Shown here in pieces: positions 15,343 to 28,668 of a stretch of DNA of 64,000 bases. The notes beneath the pieces were generated by a model that saw only the letters and a list, made by a program, of their open reading frames with translations, was not told the DNA's origin and did not search any database. This stretch comes from Catajapyx aquilonaris (Eukaryota), in assembly GCA_000934665.2 (NCBI GenBank), contig KZ538170.1:1-64000 (forward strand). Reading direction: 5' to 3'. Each line of letters starts with the position of its first letter. Within the stretch, counting starts at the first letter, position 1. The position numbers were made by a program, and so were the translations under genes.

Positions 15343-15406
15343 GTACTATATCGCTCAAAAACAGAGACGAAAAATCGTCTGTATATGTTTTTGAGCGATA
15401 TAGTAC
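15343..15406. repeat. Short hairpin or mini-MITE with perfect 21-bp inverted repeat
   Basis: GTACTATATCGCTCAAAAACA (15343-15363) is the exact reverse complement of TGTTTTTGAGCGATATAGTAC (15386-15406); inner AGACGA/TCGTCT also pairs; TA at 15344-15345 and 15404-15405. Confidence 0.8.
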
Positions 15407-17099
15407 ATAACCCTTTGCTGAGTCAGTCCTGAATATAGCCATCACTAAACGTGTTCACTGAATATATTTATTTATACAAAATAACTGACCATAAAAAATC
15501 AATTTCATATCTTGCTAATGCCGAAATATATTTTAAACAAATTTAAAGTGAATTTTTATCATGTGAGAAATAGTAGTTGCTGAATTTGACCCGAAAGCAA
15601 TTAGCAAAATTAACAAAACGCCCCCAGGGCGGCCATAAAAATAATGCGAACTGCCAGCGTCAGTGTGATGGAAAAGTTAATTTCATAGTGCGCACTTGAA
15701 GCAATTAGTTTTCGTCCTTTGAATTAATATGTGCTTCATAAAATGTACAGGTTTTTAGAAGTGAGTTTGAAAATGCGGGATATCGTCATATACTGTACAA
15801 TCCTGACCGGATTGATAATATAACAGTTTACAGTATTTACAAAATGGTATTTTTTCAAGAATAATTACTGTGTACTGCACAACTACGAGACATATTTACA
15901 TGAGTCACATTGGGAATAGAAATCCGGAAAAAGTGCCCTTAAATATTGTCTTGTGAAACACGAAAATTTATACATATGTTCACAAAGGTGTATGATTATA
16001 CTGAGTCTATCCGTAGTCGAACATGGACAAAAGTGATGAAAGTCATGAATACATCAAATTGTGGCAAGTTACTCTGCTTCAATGACGGTTAAGTGATGAA
16101 TAATAATTGAATCTCTCGAGCACGAAATCTGGAAGTTAAATATTCACCATTACACTGTTGGACAGGCACAGAGGGAAGGAAGAAACTTCACACATTTGGT
16201 GAACACATACAGTATTTACATGAACCTGATTATCATTCTCGTAACTTCTACGTACATTCAAAATTATGTACTTTCTCAAGATTTTTCGATTGATTTTAAT
16301 TTCGAGTAAAACATTGTACAATTGGTTGCCATATAATGCTGATGCATGCTTATACGTTTCATTTTTTATCAACTTTTCATCATCATTACCTGAGAATATT
16401 GCAGGGTGTGACATATGATTTACATTATGTGATTACAAGTTTAAAAATTTTTTCTCGAAAATATCTGGAAATTTTCTATATCACCTTTTCCTGATTTTCT
16501 CTCTACTCTTTTGGCTTCCAGCAGAGAGAAAGTCTAAGGAAAAGAGTCGGATGGAAATAACCGACAGTTTCAGACCTATCCATCTCAACAAATCGGGGGT
16601 CGTTACGTCACTCCTGACAGATACGACAAAAATCTGCCTTATGAATAGATTCCCAGGACTTTTTGAAGTTCCCCTCCCGATGAACTCTGATATCTACTCC
16701 CATCGTCTCACTCCACGTCTCAGAAACGAAATGAAGTCTAACCCCCCCTATACCCTCTCCCACCCACATTTTTACTTCTTTTTTTATATCCAAACCTCCG
16801 CCCCTCCCACTCTCTCAATACAATCACTTCAGCTGAGAAAAAGGAGGATTGGGTCCCATCAGTCTGTCAAAGTACCCTATTTTTGTGGGGGAGGGACTGA
16901 AGAGGGTCTTATCAATCATAATAATAATTTTTAAGAGAGTAGTTCAGGCTACTCCCCATACCACACCTCTGAGGTCCCGAGTTTCTTCACGAATACTGCG
17001 TCTACGGCACTTCCATCGCCTCAGTTTCTGCTGCAACACAATCAGATCGCAGCGTAAATTGAATTTTCATGCTACGGATGCATTTTCAAAATTCATATT

Positions 17100-17595
17100 T
17101 ATCATCGTATTAGGTATTCTCAATTTTATAGTTAATAAGATATTAATTTGATATAATTAATATTGATATAAGTGACTGTAAATTATATTTAACGTATAAT
17201 TGATGTAGTATAATGGTAATTTACGTATTAATATTTTATAAATGTATATAATTATAATATATTAATTTATGTATTTAAACTTGGTATTATTATAACGTAC
17301 ACTTAATATTATTATATAATCCATATTGATGTTAATTGCATATATTTAATGTTATGTCAATAATATGTTATTATATAATATAATGTTTCATTAAGTATAT
17401 TGTTGTTATTATTATGATATAAGTTATTATAACGTAATATATAGGTATATCTAATATAAATAATATATCTTATATCATACTTTTTAAATATTTTAATATT
17501 GTATGAGTATTGATATGAAACAGTAGGCTATTATCATTTTATTTAAAATTTATTTATGGTATTACAGTATTTTATTATTATATATCATATTCTTA
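17100..17595. repeat. Very AT-rich low-complexity tract
   Basis: Almost entirely A/T with TATAAT/ATTAT reiterations. Confidence 0.8.
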
Positions 17596-19487
17596 AAATA
17601 AGGCACGTCGACCAGGAAAACAATATACACCCCTCCGGAGAATATGGGGATTCAGCAGAATAATTACTCGCGGTAATTGTGCACGTTCACAACAAACATC
17701 CCTGCCGTTTTGTCCCCTGCATTTGCTCTCATGCAGGTAACACTGTATGTGCAATATTATTGTGGGCGGAAAAAGAGTGCGCCCCGGCAATATTGCCAAC
17801 GGAACAAGCCGCTAAATTAACTGAATTGTATGGTACCGGATGGTTCTGTGTACGGTGCACAATGGCCGGAAGTGCATAAATGATGAGATCATAGCGTTTA
17901 TTTGCGTCGTTTTTGTATAAATAATTAAAAGGCCCGCGGAGAGCGTGGGAGGTGTGCTCTTTGCCTAACATTGTACTGCATTTCTATACAGAATATCTTG
18001 CTATTATGACCAGGGCTTGCTGCATAATAAATGTTATTAGTCTTATTACCTGTCAAATAAAATAATATAAAAATAATTAGAGAAGAATAATGTATAAGTT
18101 AAATGAAGCACAGGTTGTTTTTCCAAGGGCGCCCACTTTCAGGTTGACAAATTTTTCAAGCTAACCATGTAAGATAAAGGCTTGAGCGTGCTCAAAAATT
18201 CATTCTAATTAAAACTTTAAAAATTAGGTGCTAGCACTTCTGACGAGGAATTATACCGCCGAGGCTTACTTTTTATTACCTGAATATCTTCCACGACACG
18301 TCGCTTGGAAAGTTAAGACAAATTATCCTCCTGTGATCAGCGGAAAAGGAGGGGGGCCTATATAGTGTTGTATAACCCGGAGAGAAAGCTTGGGCGGGGT
18401 TGTTTGTGTGGCCGAAAATAAAGCGGAATAGTTATAAGCTGAGCAGAGTTAGAAAGGATAGTAACACGCTCAAAAAAAATGAGTGGGAAACAAGTTTACA
18501 CTCTTCTCTGCTTCTTTGCTGTAATGGATGTAAGCACAGAGTAATTGATTGACTGCCTGATTACACCTTGGTTCTTGTGTAATGCAACGAGGGTGCAAAG
18601 TTAATTTACACGTGCCCCGATTTGAGCCAAATTTCAGTCAAAGTACTTACTGGCATTTCACAGAATATTAATTGATGTGAACTTATGGTCTAATTGCAGG
18701 CTAGTTACTTCGGCGTGATAATTTGCAAATAATGCAGACAGAATATGAAATGCCGAAGAACAGAGTGAGCCTGATGGGTATATGCTGTACTGTACAGTAC
18801 CTGTAGTGTACATGCAAGTACAGTGTCGCATGTTGTAAAATCGTGGGGACATTTAATACGTAGTGCAATTGCGCCTATATAATTTAGCTCCAAGGTAGTA
18901 TTATTTTTTAAATGCTTACTGCCTGCATTTTATTTTACATTTAATGCTAATCCATTATGTATTTAATTTACTAAATTTATTCTTATTTGTCTCATTGAAC
19001 TATTTGTTTTTTATGAGCTTTAATGACTTACCGGTACGTTTGAATTTTATTTCCGTGTTTCTGATTTTATTTGTATCGAATTTATGTTAAATATTAATTT
19101 TAGGCATCCTATTGTAAACGTTACATGTTCTCTATCCAAATAATAATTATATGATCGCTTAACATGTCTCACACAAAGACAGTAGCCTACTGTAGACTAC
19201 ACGATGACATATTCCGACTCAAACTACATCTTATGCACGTCAAATCATGCCAGCTGAAGAAGGTGAGAGTGAGAAAATAAGTCAGGCGCTAATTGCCCAC
19301 AAATTAGTCATACCAAGCAATTAGACACATTCTTAGACTTAATTACCTTAAGCCTCCTCCACTTATCCAAACAAAACCAGGCTTCACGAGCCTTCAGACT
19401 GACACATACACGACATGGCTAGGCTCATATAATACTGCCACGTACTTATGGCGAGACAAGTGAAAGTTTTCTTTCCGACGTTCATAA

Positions 19488-19625
19488 GTCTGTGCCTCTG
19501 TTTGTCCAGGTGAGTCATAATTTCTGCTTAGTTCATGTAGTACCATTACCCCTCGCAAATCCTGAGAGTGGCAACAGCGTACAGAGAGAGAATATGCGCC
19601 ATCTGTGGGAGCGATTTGGTACTAA
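19488..19625 (+). repeat. Longest copy of a dispersed short repeat family (TGCCTCTGTTTGTCC...CCTGAGAGTGGC...GCGCCATCT)
   Basis: Related copies at ~905-1021(+), 1801-1832(+), 25380-25436(-), 26305-26392(+) and 29320-29367(-). Confidence 0.7.
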
Positions 19626-19867
19626 TTGCCAAGGAAATAACAACAAAACACCCGGAACAATAAGTTCAGCCCCTTCTTAAGCAAATATTGCCCAATTTTG
19701 GAGCGGTACGAGTCCGAAGCGAGTTAACAGCATTAGTGTGTCGTTATTTGGGGGTTGTTCATAGCACGGAGGTGACATTAGTTGCAATTAGCTCTGGGGA
19801 ACTGGAGCAGTTTCCTGCAACCTCCCCCGACGAAAACAACACCCTGGTGGGCTAAAAAGGACCCCCT

Positions 19868-19869
19868 TT

Positions 19870-19934
<65 letters not shown>
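19868..19934. repeat. (CT)n microsatellite
   Basis: About 30 CT units read directly. Confidence 0.97.
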
Positions 19935-19941
<7 letters not shown>

Positions 19942-20225
19942 ACATGCATTAGTGTTGCGGACTACTATGGGGAGGGTTCAGACAACGAAACTTTTCAACC
20001 CCGGGGCCATCCTGGGCTATTTGTACACTTGGAGAAGAGCCCTGATGCTGCTGGGACGCGTATGTCTCTCTCTCTTCCTTATCTTAACGAGCGTGAAGCT
20101 GAGGAGAGAGTTACAGGGTGTTGTCGCAGCATCCAAACGATTCTAAATGAACAGTTGTGCAAACAAAAGTAAAATACTGCGAATTTATTATCGTTCAGAA
20201 TGATTTGCCACGTCTCAATAAGAGA

Positions 20226-20550
20226 AAGTCTACTCACGCGTTACAGATTTCATAAGTGATGCGCTTAAACACGAAAAAGTCTACTTATACGTTACGCGTT
20301 TCAAAAGTGATACGCTTAAACACGAAAAAGTCTACTTATACGTTACGCGTTTCAAAAGTGATACGCTTAAACACGAAAACGTCTACTTATACGTTACGCG
20401 TTTCAAAAGTGATACGCTTAAACACGAAAAAGTCTACTTATACGTTACGCGTTTCAAAAATGATACGTTTAAACACGAAAAAGTCTACTTATACGTTACG
20501 CGTTTCAAGTGATACGCTTAAACACGATAACGTCTACTTATACGTTACAA
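20226..20550. repeat. 51-bp minisatellite, ~6 copies
   Basis: Unit AAAGTCTACTTATACGTTACGCGTTTCAAAAGTGATACGCTTAAACACGAA; gives the 17-aa periodicity of ORF 20256-20606. Confidence 0.93.
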
Positions 20551-21747
20551 TGATACATCTAAATGGACGTTTCAAATATAAGAGTGTGGCATTCCGGAAA
20601 ATGTAGTCTATACAACGTACTGAATTTTAAAATATTTATTGGCAAAATTGGCAAATTAAAACCTATTTTGATTCTAAAAGCAATGTACGGGTTTGATAAG
20701 TGTGCGTGATTTAAATAATGTACATTATCCACAACCGGTACAGCCTGCCAATGAACAACTGCATACTGTATAGTGTACATTGCTCTGGAGGCAAATTGAA
20801 GCGATTTGAATTCGCTAATGGGTATAGATTAATAATGTAATACTCGGTAACCAATTTATTTACGTTCGTTGTACCGTTATCAAGCAGCAGATGTTCATTA
20901 TTTGTATCCAAACATTTTGCGAACCATGCACAGCATTTAATGCCCATTGATTTTCTTCCTAGTCCTCTATAAATTCAATGCCAGTACATACACATTGCAG
21001 CGGGAATTACGCACTTTGGGCGATGTTATCAGGTCTGAAATTTTAATCAGTGTCACCGCCGCGTTAACATGCCGTTATTTGATTCGCAATCGGACCTGCA
21101 AAAGTAGTTATCATAATCCAAAATAAATATTGAATTAAGCTGATCAGGCGGTTTAATTAGAACGGGACCGAGTCATTACAATAGCTCAAATTGATTTAGG
21201 CCCCCCTAGGCATCAGTTGGAAATTTCGGGGGGTATACATTTGAAACAACGAGTGATCGGAACTGGCGGAAGAGACAAATGGTGTCGACCTACGTTTTGT
21301 CCTACGATACGTCATTCTGTCGGAGATCAAAAAAAGGGGGACGACCGAAAATTCATTACGAGGAAAATTTGAACTGTCCCGTGTCCGGAAGAACATCACA
21401 GGTCGTAAAAGTAACATTTTTCATTTCATAAATTCGTTCTTGTCTTGTCCAGCAAAAATATATACGCTCTCTTTTCTTTTATATACACACATATTTTCCA
21501 ACCCGTCTATTTCTTTTCCACGCAACGACTTGGCTGTAAAAAGTTGGTTATCCGGACCATCAAAGAGAAGGTTTTGTGGCCCCAAGTTTCACATCTTGAG
21601 CTCTCTTTTGTAGTCCATCCGGTATAGTATATAGATGGCAATAAATAGAAGAATAGTATTCCGGATTTTTCGTTCTCAAGAAAATGTCAAACGCGAATAT
21701 TTCGCAAATTTATAGTTCAAATCAATGAGAGAAAACCTGAAATTAAT

Positions 21748-21955
21748 AATTTTATTCAGTAGTCAACTTATAACTATGAAAGGTGAATAATATCTCCCTT
21801 TATTAGTTTTCATGCATAAATACATGCGATTAGTGCAATTTAAATGTCAAACGTGTGAATAAAATGCACTCAATGCATACATGTATGCACTATTGTGAAT
21901 AAAGAGAAATATTATTCACATATCACAGTTTAAAGTTGACAAGTGAATAATGCAA
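21748..21955. mobile_element. Hairpin-type MITE (long imperfect inverted repeat)
   Basis: Left arm TTATTCAGTAGTCAACTTATAACTATGAAAGGTGAATAATATCTCCCTTTATT matches the reverse complement of the right arm (TTATTCACTTGTCAACTTTAAACTGTGATATGTGAATAATATTTCTCTTTATT); the interior is also partly palindromic. Confidence 0.6.
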
Positions 21956-23019
21956 TTTTTCAATGTGTTCAATGTGTGTATACCGTATTCATCGAGACTA
22001 TGGTTATTCCACTCTCCTGATTATTAACACAGCGGCTTCATTTCATGATTGAATTAAAATCCAATAGGCGATTCATTAATGATAAAAACGTGTTGCGGGT
22101 AGGATGCATTAAAATTTAGATTACGAGCGCATGGATCGCAGGTCAGGATTTTTCATGATAGCAAATTCCCACTGGAATTGGAAAAAAATATTTTTATCCA
22201 ACAAGTCGCAAAAGTAATGAACGCCATTATCCATGATGTTTAGTACTGAGCAGGTTGTCAAGTGGACACACTTCAGAGCGACCTCATTAAAAACGAACCA
22301 TCGGATTTGAACTCGAAAAAAATACGCATCCCTCTTGACATGTTTATTCGTGCATCTCGTATTGTCAACCCTCTTGTTAAAATGAATTTTAGGGCTCATA
22401 ACAAGGCCAGGATGTTTATTTATCATACGGGATGCTCCGCCAGCTTACCAACATCCGTCGCATTAAAACTTCAGAAAAAGTGGGGTTTGAAATCTGGTCC
22501 GCCATCAAAAGAAGGGTTGAAGTATAAGGGTAGGGGTCATATGGTTGTAACCCTCTACTACCAGCATTTACTCCCCTCGTAAAAATATATACTATAAAAA
22601 AGAGGAAGAGTAGTAGAGCCCATGGAAGTGGGTATCATTTTCCTGCCATCAGAAGCAGCCCACGTCGACCAGGATGCAAGTTTCCATCCATGTTCATTAA
22701 AATCAACAGCAGCTGGAGGGGGTTCAGACTACTGATAAACTTTGCAGGAGAGGAAGGATAAACCCCGACCCTCTCTTTAAATCGATCGGTAATCAACTAC
22801 CACCAAAACCAAAGACTATAGAAAATGATAGCAATCGGCCCCGGGTATATGGTCCAAAAGGTGAGATGACGTCGAAATCAAGAGGAGATTTGGAGATAAA
22901 GTGCATCGAGAGGAAATTGAAATTTGGTGATGCTACATTAATGCCAGGTTACTCTAACGATGAGGATCACAGCCAGAGAATATCTCAAATCATACGATAT
23001 CATCACGATATTTAATCAG

Positions 23020-23410
23020 TTATTTCTTATTATTCATTCATTTATTTCTTATTCACTAAATAAAATATTTCTTGTTCATTTATTTATTTCTCATTAATTC
23101 ATTTATTTCTCATTTATTCGGTTATTTCTTATTATTAATTCATTTCTTATTATTAATTCATTTCTTACAATTAATTCATTTCGTATTATTAATTCATTTC
23201 GTATTATTAATTCATTTCGTATTATTAATTCATTTCGTATTATTAATTCATTTCGTATTATTAATTCATTTCTCATTATTAATTCATTTATTTCTCATTA
23301 TTAATTCATTTATTTCTTATTCACTAAATGAAATATTTCTTATTCATTTATTTCTTATTCACTAAATGAAATATTTCTTGTTCATTTATTTCTCATTTAT
23401 TCATTTACGT
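23020..23410. repeat. AT-rich tandem repeat with 18-bp core TTATTAATTCATTTCGTA
   Basis: Near-perfect copies at ~23125-23290 with degenerate flanks; source of the (LLIHFV)n ORF. Confidence 0.9.
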
Positions 23411-26400
23411 TTATCATATTTATTGGTATTATTTTAATCAGGAATTAATTTGATAAACTATCCCCAGAAATTGTAACAGAACATGCAACGAAAAGTGTCA
23501 GGTTTCGTGTTTTAATTTTTGTGTAAAATACATATTCACATAGATCGTTTTGGTGAAGTCCATTTAGTCCTAAAAATGAGCCAGCAAGACAGGATTTTTT
23601 TTTTGTCTTCACTACTCGGACTTTTGTGGATTTCTCATGAATGCCCATAGCAAGCAACCTTTCCGACCGTCTCTTTTTATAATGCTTGAGTGTGGGGAAG
23701 AAGAGAGAGAAAAAAAACAATCAGGGTTAGTTGTCCCTGACAAGCCATAAACAAAGAATAGTTAGATTAACAGAGTAATGAGATTCCGGAGGTCCTGAAC
23801 CGTCGCCATGACGATCCGTGGAGACCTGGATTGATGTGAAGAGGGTTGGATTGAAGTGACACCACAGTTCTCTCTTCCACAGTGTCGAAAGATGACTGCA
23901 TGGAAAGAGGGGGGAGAGGAGGGATGGGGGAAGCTTCTAACCAGAAATTAAATCTCGGCTGTAACCGGATTTTAGGGTCCATTTCAAGGAGGCCAATGAT
24001 GCCGGATGGAAAAAGGGACTTTTTATGCACCGTAAATAAGGTTAGGTTCCTATAGGGAGGGGTGGGTTCGAAGAGATTGAAATCTGCAGGAGCGAGACTA
24101 GTAAAAGTCGTGTTTACAATGGTCCAAATAAATTTCAGAATCTAAACCTATTCGCCACACTCCATGTACTAATTTGCGCTGTTGTTGTGCGAAAAGGGTA
24201 TTGTTATTAAACTTCTGAAAATACGCAGAACAAAAGGTTGGTTCAATTCGTAACCTAACATAACCACTCTTACATGATGGTGCGCTTGAGTACTTATTAA
24301 GTTCACCACCATGTACAGGAGAGAAAAAAATTAAATGAGATGGATTGTGTACATAAACCCTATGCAGACCTTTATTTGAGTTTCTCCTTATTACGAGTAG
24401 TAGTTGTAGGAATTTCCCCAGGGATGGAACCGGATCTAAACCCCATTTTTATCTCTGTTGATCCTGAGCAGACAAGAGACCGAAGTTTTACCGACCACGT
24501 ACTGTACAGTTAGTTGGAAAGAGCTAGGGGGGAAAAAAATATCCTGGTCGTACGAGTCTGGAATCGAACACACGCACCTTCCGCTCGACTGACCAGTGAT
24601 CTCATTTGACCACCGTGACCTAATGTCAATTCCATTCGGTCTGGTCACAAATCTATACTTTTTTTTCAGATGCTTTAGAAGTGTGTCATTTATAGTTGTT
24701 GAAAAATCGCAGTTTGCTTTACTATTTTTTTCAAAGCATGAACCAGGTTCCAAATTAGTTGTCGCCACATTTTTACTGCACCCCACAAAAAACCGCACAC
24801 ACGACAGGAAAAAAAAATCTAACAATATTTGCCAGTGACAAACTTTGGGTAGTGGCCGAAGTTTTGTCAACACCCCGGTAACAGCCCGGTAAAAATTTTT
24901 TGCCGTCTAACCAAATCCATATTCCCTGCAATTTTTTTTTCTTTCCTCTTGGCCCTCCATTTCCAAAAAATATAAAAAATAAACATGAAAAAAAGTTTGC
25001 ATTTGCGATATACTCTATCGGTACACCGTAATAAATCCCCTGGAGTATAAACCATGTGCAATCGACTACCAATCTCTGATAGCAAAAGATTAAAGATCAG
25101 CACTTTTTTTTTGCGACTCAGGATTCAGTACTAGGGGGCACACCCGTGTAATAAACAGAGTATTGCGAGTCGGTATTTCTTATCGGTCAGTACCAGAGAG
25201 CCTGAAGACTACGAGGGCAATCGCATAAATCCTACATGATTGCACAGTTGTTTCAGAAACAATACCATGGGTATTGCACACTTTATTTTCCTCCAGGACA
25301 AGTTGCATGGAAATTGCACGTCTCCTGGAGCTTGCCCCCTTTTTTATTGAATTGGCAATGTCCAGTGTATTTGCAACGAGTACCGTATCCCTCACATAGA
25401 TAGCTCACTATGGACAAACAGAGGCAGAGACTCAATCCAAATTTTCCGGTCCAGTTTCTTCAGCTGTGTTCAGCATCTTGGGAGACATATTGAGTTGCGT
25501 TTGCTTTGGTGGGAAGGGGTCCTGCTGGCTTGGATGCTGTTGCTCTCTTGCTCGCTTTTAGGAAGCAAATTGGGTGGTGGTAGTGGTTCCTGGAGAGGGA
25601 AAGAGCTAGATCGATATTGTTGAGCTGCCCTCCATCTGGCGTCCACGTGCACAAAGTACGTGATTGCTCTTCGACTTTGGCTTTTTCTCCAAGGTGAAGG
25701 ACCTGGAGACACACATTTTTCTTCCCCATACAGGGTGTGGCGGCTGGACTTTTCCGCAATAAACATATGCATCATATTACACATGTCAACACGTAAGAAT
25801 TGGTTATGACAATTTGTGTCAGCAATGTTGGTGGAAATTATTTATGGTGATTAGTTATGGTTGGTAATGAAGTTTGCCACACATGTCGTAAGCTGACGAC
25901 AAACGATGACGTCCGATAGTGTGCGACAGAAATTGACTTTCACTTCCTCTCGTTTCCTGTCACTGTCAAAAAAAAAAAAAACACCACAGACGACGGTGGG
26001 GTTATTTTTACATGGACCACCTATTGGAAACTTCTCCTTCACTTGGCTGCAACTGACAACATTTTTTTCCCCTTCTCCGCAAACTTTTTGGGGGTTTATT
26101 CACAGAGCGACTGAAATATTGACAGAAGTTGGTGAAAAGTACAAGATTTACTCCAAGTACTGATAAGAAATTCTATTTCATATGTGACACCCTGTACGTG
26201 TACATGTGTCACATCGCATGAAACTGCTTCATTTAGGAGAGAAAAAAACTCCGCCAGGAGGCGATACTTGTGCTTCTCCATCATACTGTATATAGAATTG
26301 GCTCGAGTGTGCCTTTGTTTGTCCGGGGTGAGTCATCAGCTAGGTTCACGACTCCTGAGAGTGGCGCCATCTATGTGAGGGATGGTACTACGTGCATTTG

Positions 26401-28632
26401 GTTTCCTATGGGAGAAACCGGATTAATGTTTGAGATGTCCTAAATGGCAAATGGTGCCAAGGTGGATGGCAGGACACGTAGGATTTTGTGGGGAGGGAGG
26501 GNGCTAGTAATTAAGCCCCGGTTGTCAGGGCAGTAATCGTTAGCAAAAGGAGGTGTCAACGAGAAGGGGGGGGGGGAGCTCCCTGTAGGAAAACGGGGAT
26601 GTATGTAATCCGCCCCCGCGCACCAAATAGCGTGATTAGCCACTGGCGTTCATCTTTATCGCCTCGTTTACCCTCCGAATTAGCCTACACTCTCAAGTTA
26701 ATCATTGTCGTCGGATCGGGTCATTTCCAAGCTTGGTGAAGAGGGAGGGACTGCCCCTACCAGAATATTTTGAAGGGGGCCTCTCAAAATTAACGGCTGG
26801 TCTTTACATGAAGTCTTCCCCACCCTCTACAGGAGCAGATAACACAATCTAAATCACCTTTAAAATATATTTTCAACCAGCAGTAGAGCCCATTAATCGC
26901 AAGACCAAATGTACGAGCTCGTAGTAACATTTGTGCAGATCCGAATTTATGGCATGGTTGCCTGAACAAACACACAAACAAGCAATGAAACTTTGCCTTC
27001 TATAATAATAGAGAAGACGCCACACATTTTGTTAATAAATGTATACACAATCCGGTAAGAAAAGTGAGCATTTTCTTCTAAACAGTCAACGACCAAGCTT
27101 AACCTTAGTGTCACTATTAAAGACACTTCTTAGATTAATCGCGTTTTATTATGTGTATGAGCAGCAAAACAGGTTTATTCTGCCCCCCAATTTAAATTCC
27201 ATGTGGGATAGCTCGAGTTGATTTTATTTGAAAATTAATTAATCAAGGTACATGAAATTGCTGTTATAGTGATAACGTGATGAATTCCCCCCCCCCCCCC
27301 CCCNCCCCCCCCCAAGTTATTATTTCAAGTATATATATTTTATAGTGTAATATTTAAATTTAATATTGAGTGTCTGTTTCTGAGGTGGGCAGGGGTGGGG
27401 GGTGGGACAGGTTGTTTTTAGGTTTATTCTCATGAGTTTTATTAGTTTATATGTTGGGTTAGCTTGCGTCTCCCTTCGTCGTGATGTTGTTGTTGTTGTT
27501 GTTGTTGTATATATTTTTGTAAGTAGTAGCCTAATTATTTTGCAAGTAGCACTTATTTTTGTGCGTGGCTATTACTTCGGAAGTAGCTGTTACTTTGTGA
27601 ATATAATTGTGGTTTTGCGTGAATTATTATTTTATGCAAAATGAAACAAAATTATGTAGTACCTCGACCTCTCATTATAAACAATATTTTACGCTGGTTC
27701 GTACCAACTAATTAATTTAATTTCGCGCAGTTTTCGATAGCTTCGTTGGCGTAACAGCCATCACCGTCTGCTATCGGATCGTGAAGTACAGAACCGAAAT
27801 TAACACCCCCCTCCCCCCCATCTCCCTTTCCATCCTCCTCTCATAAACCAATCTGGCGTGACACTCACGCTAATTGAAAACCCATCTAAAAGGTTACGAT
27901 ACCGCCCGATGCCGACATGTCCTTCGATTGGATTCAGGCCTAGCCAACGACATTCCGCGCAATGGCCGCCCTCCCACCTTCCGGACGCTGCCTCCAGAGC
28001 GCGTCAGAAATTGGCATCTGAAACATTTCAGGGGTCCGGACCGGAGCGAGAGATATATCTGCAGGAAATGGATGGTTATCCGGGGCCAGGATCGGTCTGC
28101 TCCTTGTGATCTTTCACCTCCATTTCCGTTGCGGAGGGGGTTATTCTGAGGATTCGATGGTGCAGACATGGTTGCTGGGAAGGGAAGGGAAAAAAAGATG
28201 GAAGACAGCTTGCAAAAAGGATCGAGGGCACCATGCAGACCCCAGTATTGACTAGTTGTTCCTTGCAAAAAAAAAATTGCACGATTTCTTGGTAGGTATA
28301 AGGGGCAATGTCGTTTCGTCTCGCTTGACTTGCGGACTGTAGGGTACTTGTCATCAACAAATTCAACGGATATCAGTTTCTCTCAGGATTTATTGTTCAA
28401 GTTCTGGTGCCAGGGGACGTCGATTTGGAAAGCCAAAAGTTTTCGCTGTAACTGAGCAAGAACTTCGCTCTGTTTTTGCACCATTTGACTATACAAACAT
28501 ACCGAGTTGGTAAGAATTTGTGTACTTCATATGTAAACTGCAAGAAACATATTTCAGATAAATATTTAACATCTAATCTGCTTATTCTTACAGCAGGGCT
28601 GTAACATATTTGCTGCTTATATTTTTAAAAAT

Positions 28633-28668
28633 GTAATTAACACTTGTTGTCTCTCATTGCAGGTGAGT
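28633..28668 (+). promoter_or_regulatory. Candidate recursive splice site (juxtaposed 3' acceptor and 5' donor)
   Basis: TAATTAAC (branch-like), then ACTTGTTGTCTCTCATTGCAG|GTGAGT; AG at 28661-28662, GT at 28663-28664. Motif evidence only. Confidence 0.4.

Noticed and set aside
17705..17742. Pyrimidine tract plus CAG|GTAACA
   Set aside because: Weak donor and no convincing coding exon downstream.
19490..19516. Second AG|GTGAGT juxtaposition (TTTGTCCAG|GTGAGT)
   Set aside because: Lies inside the dispersed repeat family and the other copies lack the AG|GT junction, so probably coincidental.
20226..20606. 51-bp array as CRISPR or repeat protein
   Set aside because: Identical units without variable spacers; the ORF is open only because the unit is a multiple of three without stops.
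26935..26948. AGATCCGAATTT resembles part of miR-10
   Set aside because: Only ~12 nt match, the seed end differs and no hairpin is evident.
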